64,000 nucleotides of DNA from an uncultured delta proteobacterium (GCA_963803435.1 CAWDML010000005.1:32001-96000), one strand, 5' to 3'; counted from the first letter of the stretch, positions 9,872-19,871 are shown. Translations and numbers: made by a program. Notes: generated by a model not told the origin, from the letters alone.

Positions 9872-10503
9872 GGGTGGCGGGCGCGGACCCGCCGTCGCAG
9901 ACGGCGACGCTTCCTCAGACCGGGACGGAGAGGCCCGGGTCATGTTCACCCAGGTGTCGCGAGTCGACTTTTTCAAGCGAACCTCCGTCTGCGTGTTTGA
10001 GAACCTCGGTCGAATCGGAGGACTCGGTGCCCACGGGCCCTGACCCGCTGCGCCCGTCTCGATGGCTGGACGGGCATCCGGACGGGCGCTCGAAGGAAGA
10101 CACAGTCGCGGTCAGCTGGATTGGATCCGCGCGTATCGCGTCGCATCGGAGTGGGGGAAACGGAACGCTCGCGGCGCGCGGCCGGCGGCTGCATCGGCCC
10201 TCGGATCGCTCGCTGCGCTCGCTGACTTTCGGCCGGCTCCCAACCGGCGTCGGTTCGCGAGCACCTCTCTCGCCAGTACGGGTCGTCGTCTCCGCGGTCC
10301 AGCTCGGATGGACTCCGCCCTGCGGAGACCAGTCTCCATCTCGGCGGACCCGTCGACTCCCGCTGCCCAGGCGCGACGCGACGACCACAATCTCCGCGCC
10401 CAGGGCGCACCGCGGCTCGCCAGAACTAGAACCGCCGCGAGGCGGTACGAATGGCACTGGTGGGCTTGCGTCGCTTCGGGATTCCGATTCGCGCAAGTGG
10501 CGC

Positions 10504-10519
10504 TGTTCCACGTGGCACA
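10504..10519. other. parS site
   Basis: TGTTCCACGTGGCACA; one mismatch to the palindrome TGTTCCACGTGGAACA. Confidence 0.75.
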
Positions 10520-11893
10520 CTCTGGCGCTGACCCGCCGTGCCCGAGCGTCGGATGCCCGGGCGCGACTGAGGCAACGAGGTGAGGCGGGCGAGGGGCATG
10601 AGAATCGTCCCGCCGAGCCAAACGGTGGGCCGGTAAACCATCCGCGTCCCTTGAGCCGGGCCGCGGGCAACGGGGCGACCTCCCGGAGGTCGACGCGCGG
10701 CTCATCGGCCGTCGAGGTGCGTCGCTTGCAGGCCTGGTCCAGGCAGACATAGGCCGTGGCCTGCCGTCACGGCCCGCTTCGACTCGCCTTCGCTGTCGGC
10801 GGATCTCTGCGCGCGTTCCCAACCGCGCCGGAACATGGACGAGCCGCTTCCGCGCAGCCTCCGGTTCCGGGGCCTCACGGGCCGGATGCGGCGGATGTCC
10901 ACGTCTATTCGGACGAGCCCGGACAGCCGCCCGAGAGCCAAGGCTACGGCCGTGCCCTAGGACCCGTCGGACCCCCGCGCAGATGCCGAAGGCCCTCGAA
11001 CACCCTTCACGCGCGAGACGCCTGGCCATGCGGACTTCCGCGGTGGAGCTTCGGGCAAGCAGCGCGTCTGCGCCCTAGCGCCGGCCCTCCGCCGGGCCTT
11101 TGGGGGCCTGGGCGGGCGGCTCCGTCGCGCGTGGATCGCGGCGATGTCGAGGGGCGTTGGATCGGGCGATCGCAGCGGACCGAGGGCTCGGGCTCGGATC
11201 GGTGCTCTTCGCTCTCAGATTCCTCGCCTGTCCAGCCCCAAGGCCTCCCTTTCGGGAGGCGCAGTCGACCTTTCGCCGAAGTCTTGTTTGACTCGGCCCC
11301 TCGTTCCCGTCGGCGCACGGTCACCTGGGCGGGCGTCAAGAGGATTTCGGCGCTCCTCCCTGTCCCGGTCCAAGCCCTCGCCTCCTCGTTCCGAGCTTGA
11401 CCCTCGGCCGGTTTCGACGCGGAGGAGAGGGCCTCGCCCGGTGTTCGCGGTGGTGAACCCAACGACGGGGTCCCCGGGGCCCAACCGGAGGAGGGACGCC
11501 CGCTGAAGCTCAGGAGGCGCTCGAATAGTTTGGAGGGCGCGGCGCGGAGGGCACGGCGGACTCGGGCGCCCACCCTCCCCGATCGAGCTCCGTTCCGTCG
11601 CGGATGTCCCTTTAGGCTCGGGAGACAGCGCGATGATCGGCCCCATGGGATCCCGGTGTTCCGAGCGTCAGGGGCGAACAGAGGGCTCAATGATGACGAT
11701 GATCCCCCGGGCATGGCCCATGAGGACATCCCGCCTGTTCGCGCATGGCGAGGCCATCTGGGTTCGACGACGCGGGCGGGTATGGGAGCCGACGAAGGCG
11801 GAGCGAAGGCGGGGGACGGAGCTCGGCGGGGGCGATTGAGTTGCGCGGTCCGTTTGCAAGCGAGAGGTCGCGGGCGCTCCGCCGACGGGCGAA

Positions 11894-11909
11894 AGTTCCA
11901 CGTGAAACG
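11894..11909. other. parS site
   Basis: AGTTCCACGTGAAACG; 14-bp core matches the parS consensus GTT(T/C)CACGTGAAAC. Confidence 0.85.
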
Positions 11910-12211
11910 GTTGAGCGGTCGGAGTGAACCTCCCAGGCTGCCGCTGTCAGACTCGGTGATCCTGGGGCATCCGGGCCCTCCAGCCTCGATCCGGGCGTCG
12001 AGCGCGGGGCGCGGTGAAGCGAGCACCCGTGCGCCGCCAGGGCCGTTCAGCCGATCGGGACCCACGGCGAGGCGGTTCGAGGTGGTGCCCGTCGTTGTTG
12101 CCGCGTGAAGAGGCTGTCAGCCTGCGGGCTTCGGGCTGCGATGACGGGACTCGGAGGTCCGTCGCGCGGCCTGATACCGAGGGCGGCGAACCTGCGGGCG
12201 AGGCCGGGCCG

Positions 12212-12701
12212 GGTCGGAGCCGGCCCCGAAGCGCGAGGGAACGCTCGGGCGGGCCGGCGACCTCGCCCGCGTCGCCGCGCTGGGGCCGGTCGAAGGATTC
12301 GTCCATCGAGATTCCCCAGGTTCTGTTCGGTGGGCTCGGGACCCCGTGGGCCGAAGGCCTTGGGATCCGGAGTGGGGCCTGTTGCTGACGACGTTAGCCA
12401 CCGGGCCTCCAGCGTGTCGGAGCTCGAATGGCCGGCGTTGGAAGGGCGGACCTCAGGTCGAAGCCGTCCCCGAAGCGCGAGGGAACGCTCGGGCGGGCCG
12501 GCGCCCTCGCCCGCGTCGCCGCGCTGGGGCCGGTCGAAGGATTCGTCCATCGAGGTTCCCCAGGTTCTGTTGGGTGGGCTCGGGACGCAGTCGGCCGAAG
12601 GCCTTGGGATGCGGAGTGGGGCTTGTTGCTGACGACGTTAGCCACCGGGCCTCCAGCGTGTCGGAGCTCGAATGGCCGGCGTTGGAAGGGCGGACCTCAG
12701 G
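12212..12701. repeat. Tandem duplication, two ~244-bp units with scattered substitutions
   Basis: 12212-12455 aligns without gaps to 12456-12699 (e.g. CCCCGAAGCGCGAGGGAACGCTCGGG at 12224 and 12468). Confidence 0.95.
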
Positions 12702-13284
12702 GCTCGAGGAGAGCCGGGGCACGCGCGCAGCGCTGCCTCCTCGTCCTCCGGCGGACGGCGAGCGGGTGCGGCGGTCCCGCGATCGCCTCGCCCCGGTTGT
12801 CGACGAGCGCAGGCTGGAGTGCGCTGTGGGCGCCGTCGGTCTAGGCGCGCCGCCCAGCCGAAGGCGTCGGTGTGTCCACCTCGCCGAGGCGGGTTGCGTG
12901 GGCGGAGGGCGCTCGGCACTGAGGCACCAACGGTGAGGGCGCGACCGCCGCCGGGAGGCTGCGCCGGGCATGAGCTTGGCGGTTCGAGCCACCCATTCAA
13001 AGGCTCAAGGGAGCCCGGACGTACGTGAACCGATGTCCAGCGGTCAGGGTTGCGATCAGCGGGTCGGGGCGCCGCCTGCTGGACGCGAGGTTGGCGGTGG
13101 CAGGAACGGTCCGAAGGGACTGGGCGGAGCGCAGGCGGCAAAGGGAAGAAGGTCTGGGAGTGAAGCGCGGGGCGTGGACATGGTCGGCGGCGGGAGACGT
13201 AGACCTGCCCGACGCCGTTCATCGATCGTCTCCGGCCCGGCGCACGTTCCCCGTAAAAGTTGGACGCCGACCTCCACGTGCGCG

Positions 13285-13358
13285 CTCACGTCTCACGATC
13301 GGGATCAAGATCGGGATCCGGACGGGATCACGATCGGGAATCGCGATTCACGATCCAC
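13285..13358. repeat. Degenerate hexamer repeat tract (GATCGG/GATCAC type)
   Basis: CACGATCGGGATCAAGATCGGGATCCGGACGGGATCACGATCGGGAATCGCGATTCACGATCC. Confidence 0.6.
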
Positions 13359-13854
13359 GGCGGATGGGGCGGGCTACGCTCCAGAGTTCGGGGAGCCGCG
13401 AGGTCTCAAAGGAAGGTCTCGGGTTGAATGGCGGCGGCGGTCTCCATGGGGAAACTCCGGGCTCGGGTCGCCGTTCGCAAGATCGGATCCGGGGTCATGG
13501 GCCCTCGAGTCGGGCGCTCCCCGGCGCGTGTGGGTTGGGTGGAGATCTGCATTCCGGCGCCTGCGGACCGGGCATGATCTCGAGCGTGTGGGGCGGGTTC
13601 CCGCCGGCGAGCGGAGGTTGCAAAGCGATCGGGTGACGAGGGGACGAGCTCGGGGGGTGCAGGAGACCGCTGCCTGTGCGGGTCGGGTTGAGGCGCTGGT
13701 CGGTGCCGCCTCTCGGGCAGCATCTCGGGTGGAGCCGCGGCAGCTCGGTTGCTTTGAAGCGCATGATGGCGCACCGAAGGCGCGGAGGTCGACCGTGCAT
13801 TCGGAGGTGTCGAGGCCACGGTCGGGGACCCCACTTCAACGGTTTCGAACACCC

Positions 13855-13870
13855 CGTTCCACGTGAAACA
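13855..13870. other. parS site
   Basis: CGTTCCACGTGAAACA, near-consensus. Confidence 0.88.
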
Positions 13871-13916
13871 CAACCTGTTGTGCCTGTTCGCCCTCAAGCC
13901 ACGACATACCGCCCTT

Positions 13917-14999
13917 TCACACCTCCGAGACCATCTCCACCTCCGCGGACTCCACAATTCGGAGTCCGTCCCCCTTCCGCTCGACCCCCGGCGCGACCCG
14001 AACGAGGCTCCCAGGCTCGAGGCCGCGGAGCGTCGGGTGGGCGGGGTGGCGGCGGAGCGCGGTGAGGGTGACGAGTCCTTCAGGGCCGCAGGCGCGCGCG
14101 ACAATCTTGGGCCGGCCGTGGGGGCGGACGTCGAGGATGCGGAGGGCATCGGGAGCGAACGGTTGGCGACCGAGAATGAGGAAGCTCAGGTGCTGCTCGT
14201 GCCAGTGGCGGCGGGCGCGGTCGGCGAGGGCGCGGGCGAAGGGCCCCTCGGGCAGGCGCCACGTGAAGTGGCACCAGTCTCGGGGTCGCCCCAGGAGGGG
14301 GCAGTGGGCGGCGCCGGTGCAGGGGGCATGGATGTGGAGGCCGGCGGGGAGGTCGTCCCGGAGGCGTTGAAGGCGCTGGGCGGCGCGGGGGGTGCCGGGC
14401 TCGAGGAGGTAGAGGCGGCCGGTCGCCGTCAGCATGTCGGTCCAGCGGTCGACGTGGTCTCGGAGCGCTTGGGGGTCGTCGCAATCGGGGAGCTCGTTGA
14501 GGACGAACGGGAGCGCGAGGGCGTCGGCGGGGGCGAGGGGCGTGTAGCGGTTGAGGTCGGTGGCGACGCACGTCGGGGGTGCACGGCCACAGGCTTCGAA
14601 GAGGCGGTGGGCGTGGGCGAGGCGAGCGGCGTCGCGGTCGACCAGCGTGATCGCGCGAGGTGACGCGAGGTCCGCCTGGAGGGCGAACGGCGCCCAGCCC
14701 GCCCCAAGCTCGACCAGCGGACCCGGCCCGGGAGGATAGGCACGAAGCAGCCGGTGGGCGGCATGGAAGGTCCGAGCGGCGTAGACCAGGCCGAACACGG
14801 CGCTGATTGCGCCGGCGTCGAGATTTTCGGGGCTGGGGGCGGCGGCCTCGTCGTTCCAGCGGTCCGACATCCAGGCATAGGCGGCCGCCAGATGATCGAC
14901 GTCGAGGGTCTCCGGATCCCAGCCGAGAGCGGTGAGGATGACGGACTCGAAGGCGACGGCGCGGCGGGTAGGATCCTCGGCGACGAGGTCCGTGGACAC
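13917..14999 (-). CDS. Rsm22/METTL17-family SAM-dependent methyltransferase-like protein
   Basis: LVELGAG SAM motif, FVLNEL, LLEPGTP and the Cys motif HAPCTGAAHCPL...DWCHF typical of Rsm22. Confidence 0.75.
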   Translation of the reverse strand: MSTDLVAEDPTRRAVAFESVILTALGWDPETLDVDHLAAAYAWMSDRWNDEAAAPSPENLDAGAISAVFGLVYAARTFHAAHRLLRAYPPGPGPLVELGAGWAPFALQADLASPRAITLVDRDAARLAHAHRLFEACGRAPPTCVATDLNRYTPLAPADALALPFVLNELPDCDDPQALRDHVDRWTDMLTATGRLYLLEPGTPRAAQRLQRLRDDLPAGLHIHAPCTGAAHCPLLGRPRDWCHFTWRLPEGPFARALADRARRHWHEQHLSFLILGRQPFAPDALRILDVRPHGRPKIVARACGPEGLVTLTALRRHPAHPTLRGLEPGSLVRVAPGVERKGDGLRIVESAEVEMVSEV

Positions 15000-15000
15000 C

Positions 15001-15306
15001 TCAGTCGTCCTTCGACTGGCGCGATGCGAAGGCAGCGATTCGCTCGGCGGCGTCCTTGGGGGGACGGCCCGGGCCGCCGGGGACCCACTTGCCCACGCGG
15101 GCGCGGCTTCCGCGCGCCTTCTTGGTGAGGGCGTCCACCTTCCGGGTCAGCTTCTGGAGCTCGGCGCGGAGCGCCTCAATCTCCGCCTGATAGAGCTTCT
15201 GGCTCTCGCCAATCGTTCGGAGAATTTCTTGCCGGAGGTGGAGCTCGAGCTCCTCCGCCAGGAGCCCTGCGTACTCGCCAACCCGGTTCTTTCTAGGGCG
15301 ACCCAT
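15001..15306 (-). CDS. Small basic coiled-coil protein with two AT-hook-like motifs
   Basis: MGRPRK at the N-terminus, PGRPPK near the C-terminus, central heptads YQAEIEALRAELQKLTRKVDAL. Confidence 0.7.
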   Translation of the reverse strand: MGRPRKNRVGEYAGLLAEELELHLRQEILRTIGESQKLYQAEIEALRAELQKLTRKVDALTKKARGSRARVGKWVPGGPGRPPKDAAERIAAFASRQSKDD

Positions 15307-15362
15307 CGCGGAGTTTCCAAAATTCTGTAACACCTCGGCGGAGATTCGGTCAAAAACCCAGA

Positions 15363-16634
15363 CTAAAGTTCCAAAGACTCTTTTAGCCAGTCAATAACTT
15401 GATCAATCCCTCCGGCCTCTGCGCGGGCGCTGTCGTCGAGAATCTCGCGGGTCGCCCGGGGATTTCGGAACCAATCCTCGTCGAAGCGCTCCCGCAGCGA
15501 ACGCGCGAGGCCGGCGCCGCGGCAGAGCATGGACTCCGTCCGACCGCCGCCGGCGTAGCGGGCGGAGGCCTCGCCCGGCGCCGACTCGAAGCGGGCCCCG
15601 GTCCAAAGGAGTCGGGCGAGTCGGAGCGGGCGTGCAAAGCCGACCGTGCCCGACTCTCGATTGGAGAGATCTTCGAGGCTGCACGCATGCGCGACGAGCT
15701 GACACTCGAAGGCCGTCCACGCCAGGGCGGCCGCCACGGCCCGAGCGGTGCGGCGGCGGTTCGCGCCGCCGTCGGCGAAGCACGGCTGGAAGGGGAGGGT
15801 GGTCGCCGCGAAGGCGAGAGCGGCGCCGATCGCACCGGCCGCTCCGCCGAGGAGCGCGGCGACTGCAGACCAGCTGTCGCCGTCGGCGATGACGTGTGCT
15901 GTGCCCCGACCCCACGGGACCAGCGGCTGATCGAACGGGAGCGTGCCCGGGCCGACCAGCGGATGACGAACCCGGAAGTCCGCGACCTCGCGACCGGCGA
16001 CCGCGACCCGCAGCGCCCCATACTCTAGGGGGCGCCGCCCGCCGGTGGCCTCGGCCAGCGCGAGCGACAGCTCGCCGAGCGCGGAGGCTTGATCGGGTCC
16101 GGTCGCTCCGGGAGCGGGCGGCCCCGCGGTGACCAGTCCCAGCTCGGCCATCAGCTCCGCGGTGGGCAGCAGGATCGAGCCGTGGCGGGCGGGCTCGACT
16201 GCGGCGGGACGCACCCGCGGGACCGGATCGGGGGCGATGGAGGCCAGTGTGTCCAAGGCCTCGTCGAGGTCGCCGAGGGCTGCCAGGGCGATCTGGCGCT
16301 CCGCGGTGTCTCCCCTGCGAAGCCGCGCCATCGCCTCCGCGGACTTGAACCGCACCTTGCCGCCCTCGAGCTCGGTCGAGGCGATCCGCGCGCGCGCCCG
16401 CGCTTCTCGGCCGAAAGGGAATGCAAGGTAGCTTGCAAATCGCTCGCCGGCGGCGGGTGCCTGGGCGGCGAGCTCGCGGAGATGTCCTTCGTCGGTGAGC
16501 CGCCGCTCTCCGGCCAGGGCGTGATCGATGAGCTCGGCCAGGGGCTGGGGGTCGCCGGCGTCGGCCCGGCTCCGCGCCCGGGGCGCCTGGACGTCCAGGC
16601 GGGACAGCGCCTCCTCGAGTGCGTCGATGCCCAC
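15363..16634 (-). CDS. Hypothetical protein, possibly a degenerate peptidase-M3-like fold
   Basis: 423-aa ORF in an operon-like run; C-terminal LRERFDEDWFRNPRA recalls myxobacterial M3-like proteins; no HExxH seen. Confidence 0.5.
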   Translation of the reverse strand: MGIDALEEALSRLDVQAPRARSRADAGDPQPLAELIDHALAGERRLTDEGHLRELAAQAPAAGERFASYLAFPFGREARARARIASTELEGGKVRFKSAEAMARLRRGDTAERQIALAALGDLDEALDTLASIAPDPVPRVRPAAVEPARHGSILLPTAELMAELGLVTAGPPAPGATGPDQASALGELSLALAEATGGRRPLEYGALRVAVAGREVADFRVRHPLVGPGTLPFDQPLVPWGRGTAHVIADGDSWSAVAALLGGAAGAIGAALAFAATTLPFQPCFADGGANRRRTARAVAAALAWTAFECQLVAHACSLEDLSNRESGTVGFARPLRLARLLWTGARFESAPGEASARYAGGGRTESMLCRGAGLARSLRERFDEDWFRNPRATREILDDSARAEAGGIDQVIDWLKESLEL

Positions 16635-16644
16635 CGCCCTTCCC

Positions 16645-17091
16645 TCAACCGAACTTGATGTTCATGAACCGGAGGTAGAGCTCGACGTCGGCCTCCGGGT
16701 GCGACCCCGTCAGCCGGGTCCGCAGCTCGTCACCCTTGGCGGCGTCAACCTCGGCCATGAAGTCGAGGTCCGCGTCCGTGAGGCCGTTGTCGTGGGCGAC
16801 CTCGAAGAAGTCGAGGGCGTCGGCGAGGAGTGTCCGCCGGGTGTAGAGGTAGTTGCGGATCAGCTCTTCGGCGACGGGGTCCTCGATCGCCGCGCCCTCT
16901 TGGATCGCGCTGAACAGCCGCTTGATCCGCACCTCGTTCTTCTTGTTGGTCGCCAGCGAGAAGGCACCGCCGCTCCTCGACTTGATGCCGACGCGCCGGA
17001 AGACCTCCTCGCGAAACTTCTTCGGAGAAGCGAGTACGACCTCGGTGAAGTAGCTCTCGCTCATCGTGGAGAGCAGCTCGTTCGGAGACAT
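16645..17091 (-). CDS. Hypothetical protein (148 aa)
   Basis: Protein-like C-terminal part of ORF 16645..17799 from MSPNELL (LLADALDFFEVAHDNGL); host codon usage. Confidence 0.75.
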   Translation of the reverse strand: MSPNELLSTMSESYFTEVVLASPKKFREEVFRRVGIKSRSGGAFSLATNKKNEVRIKRLFSAIQEGAAIEDPVAEELIRNYLYTRRTLLADALDFFEVAHDNGLTDADLDFMAEVDAAKGDELRTRLTGSHPEADVELYLRFMNIKFG

Positions 17092-17126
17092 CGAGCGCGA
17101 TCGACTACCTGAAGAAGAGCCGTGTG

Positions 17127-18602
17127 TCAGCGCTCCTGGACCGGCAGAAACTTCAGCCGCACGGTTCGGCTCTCGCCCGGCTTCACCCGGACCTCGATGG
17201 TGCGGACCTGATCGCCCCATCGTCCCGTGATTCGATGTCGTCCGGGGATCACGGGAATGCCGTCGACCGGGGCCTCGCCGAGGGCCTTTCCGCCGACGAC
17301 GACGGCGACATCGGCGGTATCGGCCTCGACGTGGAGGTAGCCGTAGCGCCCGTCGTAGGACGACCCGATGTAGACGCCAGCCGCGACGCTGAGGAACACC
17401 AACGCCGCGAAGACCAGCAGGAACCAGCGCCAGGTCCCGAGGACGGCTGCGGCCATACCCAGGAGCCCGGTCGCCGGTTGAACGTGGGCCTTCTCCAGGC
17501 CAGGACGGGCGGGGCGAAGCCGGAGGTCGGGATCGGTCACCTCCTCCAGGAGCTCGAACCCGGAGTCGAGGATCTGGCGGTGACGGGTCGGATCGTTGCG
17601 GGCCCTGCGCAGCGCCAGATCTCGCGAGGCGAGCTGCTCCTCGAAGAGATACGCGACCCACTCGGCGAGCTGATCCCGCGCTTGGGCCCGCGTTCGCAGG
17701 TCGGCCTCCTCGAGCGAGGTCTTCATGCGGAGCGCGTCGCCGTACCGCCAGCGGGGATTCTTGCGGAGCGATCGCCAGGCGACCCACGACAGCCCCCATG
17801 GCAGGTCGGCTTGCACGGTCTTGGGGAACGGGACCGAACAGGTCATCACCGCCTTGACCGTCTCGTAGTCGCTGACGCGGTAGAACAGTCGCTGCTGCGT
17901 CATCATCTCCCAGAGGATCACGCCAACGCTGAAGATATCGGCGCGCTGATCGACCCCGCGAAAGTTCACCTGCTCGGGTGACATGTACGCGTACTTACCT
18001 TTGAGCACGCCCGCGCGCGTGCGTGAGATCTGCGCCGCGGCCTTGGCCAGGCCGAAGTCGAGCAGCTTCACCGAGCCATCGAAGCCCACGATGATGTTCT
18101 GCGGGGAGACGTCGCGGTGGATGACGTTGAGGGGGCGTCCGTCCTCGGTCCTGGCCTTGTGGTGGGCGTAGTAGAGCGCGTCGAGGACGTCGATCATGAT
18201 GGTTGCGATGTGCTCGGCCGGGAAGCGCACGCCCTTCTCCTGACACTTGTCTCGGATCTGGCCGAGGTCGCGACCGAAGACGAACTCCATCGCGAGGAAC
18301 TGCGTGTTGCCCTCCTCGCCCACCTCGTAGAGCTCGACGATGTTGTCGTGCCGGAGGCAGGAGGCGATCCGCGCCTCCTCCATGAGCATCGAGATCAGGT
18401 CCTCTTCATCGACCAGGTCGGCGCGGATCGTCTTCACGACGACCGTACGCTCGTAGCCTCGCTTGCCGTACTGCTGGGCGAGATAGATGTCGGCCATCCC
18501 TCCCACCGCGAGCCGCTTGATCAGCCGGTATCGACCGATGCGGCCTTCGTTCGTCTGCGCGGGGGCGACCATGGGACCGCTCGCCGGAGCATGTTTCATC
18601 AA
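17127..18602 (-). CDS. Membrane Ser/Thr protein kinase with C-terminal PEGA-like domain
   Basis: LAVGGMA, VVK, HRDVSPQN, DFG, YMSPE, DIFSVG; TM helix, then LGEAPV...PGRHRI. Confidence 0.93.
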   Translation of the reverse strand: MMKHAPASGPMVAPAQTNEGRIGRYRLIKRLAVGGMADIYLAQQYGKRGYERTVVVKTIRADLVDEEDLISMLMEEARIASCLRHDNIVELYEVGEEGNTQFLAMEFVFGRDLGQIRDKCQEKGVRFPAEHIATIMIDVLDALYYAHHKARTEDGRPLNVIHRDVSPQNIIVGFDGSVKLLDFGLAKAAAQISRTRAGVLKGKYAYMSPEQVNFRGVDQRADIFSVGVILWEMMTQQRLFYRVSDYETVKAVMTCSVPFPKTVQADLPWGLSWVAWRSLRKNPRWRYGDALRMKTSLEEADLRTRAQARDQLAEWVAYLFEEQLASRDLALRRARNDPTRHRQILDSGFELLEEVTDPDLRLRPARPGLEKAHVQPATGLLGMAAAVLGTWRWFLLVFAALVFLSVAAGVYIGSSYDGRYGYLHVEADTADVAVVVGGKALGEAPVDGIPVIPGRHRITGRWGDQVRTIEVRVKPGESRTVRLKFLPVQER

Positions 18603-18644
18603 AAGCGTCTCGACTGCCAGCCCACCCTGAGATTGACGCAGCGC

Positions 18645-19343
18645 TCACTTCAGCGCGGGTTCGAAGAAGTCGAGCTGGGTCAGGCGGGTGTTGACGGGTT
18701 CGAAGCTCCGGCGGTGCAGCGGAGTCACACCGTGCTTCGCGAGCGCCTCCAGATGGAGCTTGGTGCTGTAGCCCTTGTGCTTCTCGAAGCCATAGGACGG
18801 GTATTCGAGCCCGACCTGGGTCATGTATGTGTCGCGTTCGACCTTGGCCAAGATGGATGCGGCGGCGATGGACAGCGAGATCGCATCACCCTTGATCAGG
18901 GGACTCTGGGGGATGTCGGTGTCGGGAACTGTCCGTGCGTCGACCAGCAGGTGATCGACGGGCGTGACCTCGAGAACCGCAAGGAGCGCGCGGCGCATGG
19001 CGAGCAGGCCCGCTTGCAGGATGTTGATGCGGTCGATCTCCTCAACGCTCGCCTGGGTCACTGCCCACGCGCGGACGTGGGTCTTGATCTTCTCGGCGAG
19101 CTCGACCCGCTGGGTCTCGGTCAAGCGCTTGCTGTCGTCGACCCCGACCAGCCCGGAGACCTTCGTCGAGTCGAGGACCACGCACGCCGCGTAGACGGGA
19201 CCTGCCAGCGGACCGGCGCCGGCCTCATCGAGCCCGGCGACCACCAGTCCGTCGTTCCAGTAGGCCCGCTCCTCCGACAGCAGCTCGCGATGGCGCTGCC
19301 TTCTCGCCTGGTCCCTGTTCGACCTCGCCTTCCCCTTCGCCAC
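18645..19343 (-). CDS. rnhB: Ribonuclease HII
   Basis: GLDEAGAGPLAGPV, DSKRL, EEIDRINI, KGDAISLSIAAASILAKVERD, HKGY, HRRSF. Start GTG 19343 or ATG 19361. Confidence 0.95.
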   Translation of the reverse strand: MAKGKARSNRDQARRQRHRELLSEERAYWNDGLVVAGLDEAGAGPLAGPVYAACVVLDSTKVSGLVGVDDSKRLTETQRVELAEKIKTHVRAWAVTQASVEEIDRINILQAGLLAMRRALLAVLEVTPVDHLLVDARTVPDTDIPQSPLIKGDAISLSIAAASILAKVERDTYMTQVGLEYPSYGFEKHKGYSTKLHLEALAKHGVTPLHRRSFEPVNTRLTQLDFFEPALK

Positions 19344-19400
19344 CGCGCCGGACGCTAACATGTTTTGCGGATCGACGGTCGCGTGTGCGATCGTTCCTCC

Positions 19401-19826
19401 ATGGTGCGCGCGCTCCCGATCCTCCAAGGCCGGCGCTTCAGCTGCACGCGATGCTCGCACTGCTGTCTCGAGCCCGGCTATGTGTTCATGAGCTTCGCCG
19501 AGATGCGCGCGATGGCTGTGCACCTCGGTCAGTCGCTCGCGGTGTTCAAGTCGAAGTACGGCCTCACCTGGGACAGCGACGCGAAGCAGTGGGTGATCGA
19601 CGCGCATCCCAAGGGCTGCCCGCTGTTGACGGACACGGGTGCGTGTAGTGTTCACCCTGTCAAACCGATCCAGTGCCAGACCTTCCCCTTCTGGCCCGAG
19701 CTCCTGGCGGATCAGGAGGCGTGGGACGCATCGAAGGCCTACTGCCCGGGGATGGACGCCGAGGAGGGGCGTCTCTACACGCTGGAGGAGATCCGGGCCA
19801 TCCGGGACGAACAGCGCGGCACCTGA
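19401..19826 (+). CDS. YkgJ-family cysteine-cluster protein
   Basis: CTRCSHCC, CPLL, CSVHPVKPIQCQTFPFW, CPG. Confidence 0.9.
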   Translation: MVRALPILQGRRFSCTRCSHCCLEPGYVFMSFAEMRAMAVHLGQSLAVFKSKYGLTWDSDAKQWVIDAHPKGCPLLTDTGACSVHPVKPIQCQTFPFWPELLADQEAWDASKAYCPGMDAEEGRLYTLEEIRAIRDEQRGT

Positions 19827-19871
19827 CACTGAACACTTGCACACGACGGCCTCGGTTCCTAAGAAGACCCC

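Noticed and set aside
10452-10470. TGGCAC...TTGC as a sigma54 promoter in the parS region
   Set aside because: Spacing between GG and GC is longer than the required 10 nt.
12212-12701. CRISPR array
   Set aside because: Only two long units with no short repeat-spacer structure, and no cas genes.
9874-13866. Many 150-350 aa ORFs in the parS region
   Set aside because: Low-complexity Arg/Gly/Pro/Ser translations in all six frames, no motifs, and they cross a repeat whose unit is not a multiple of three.
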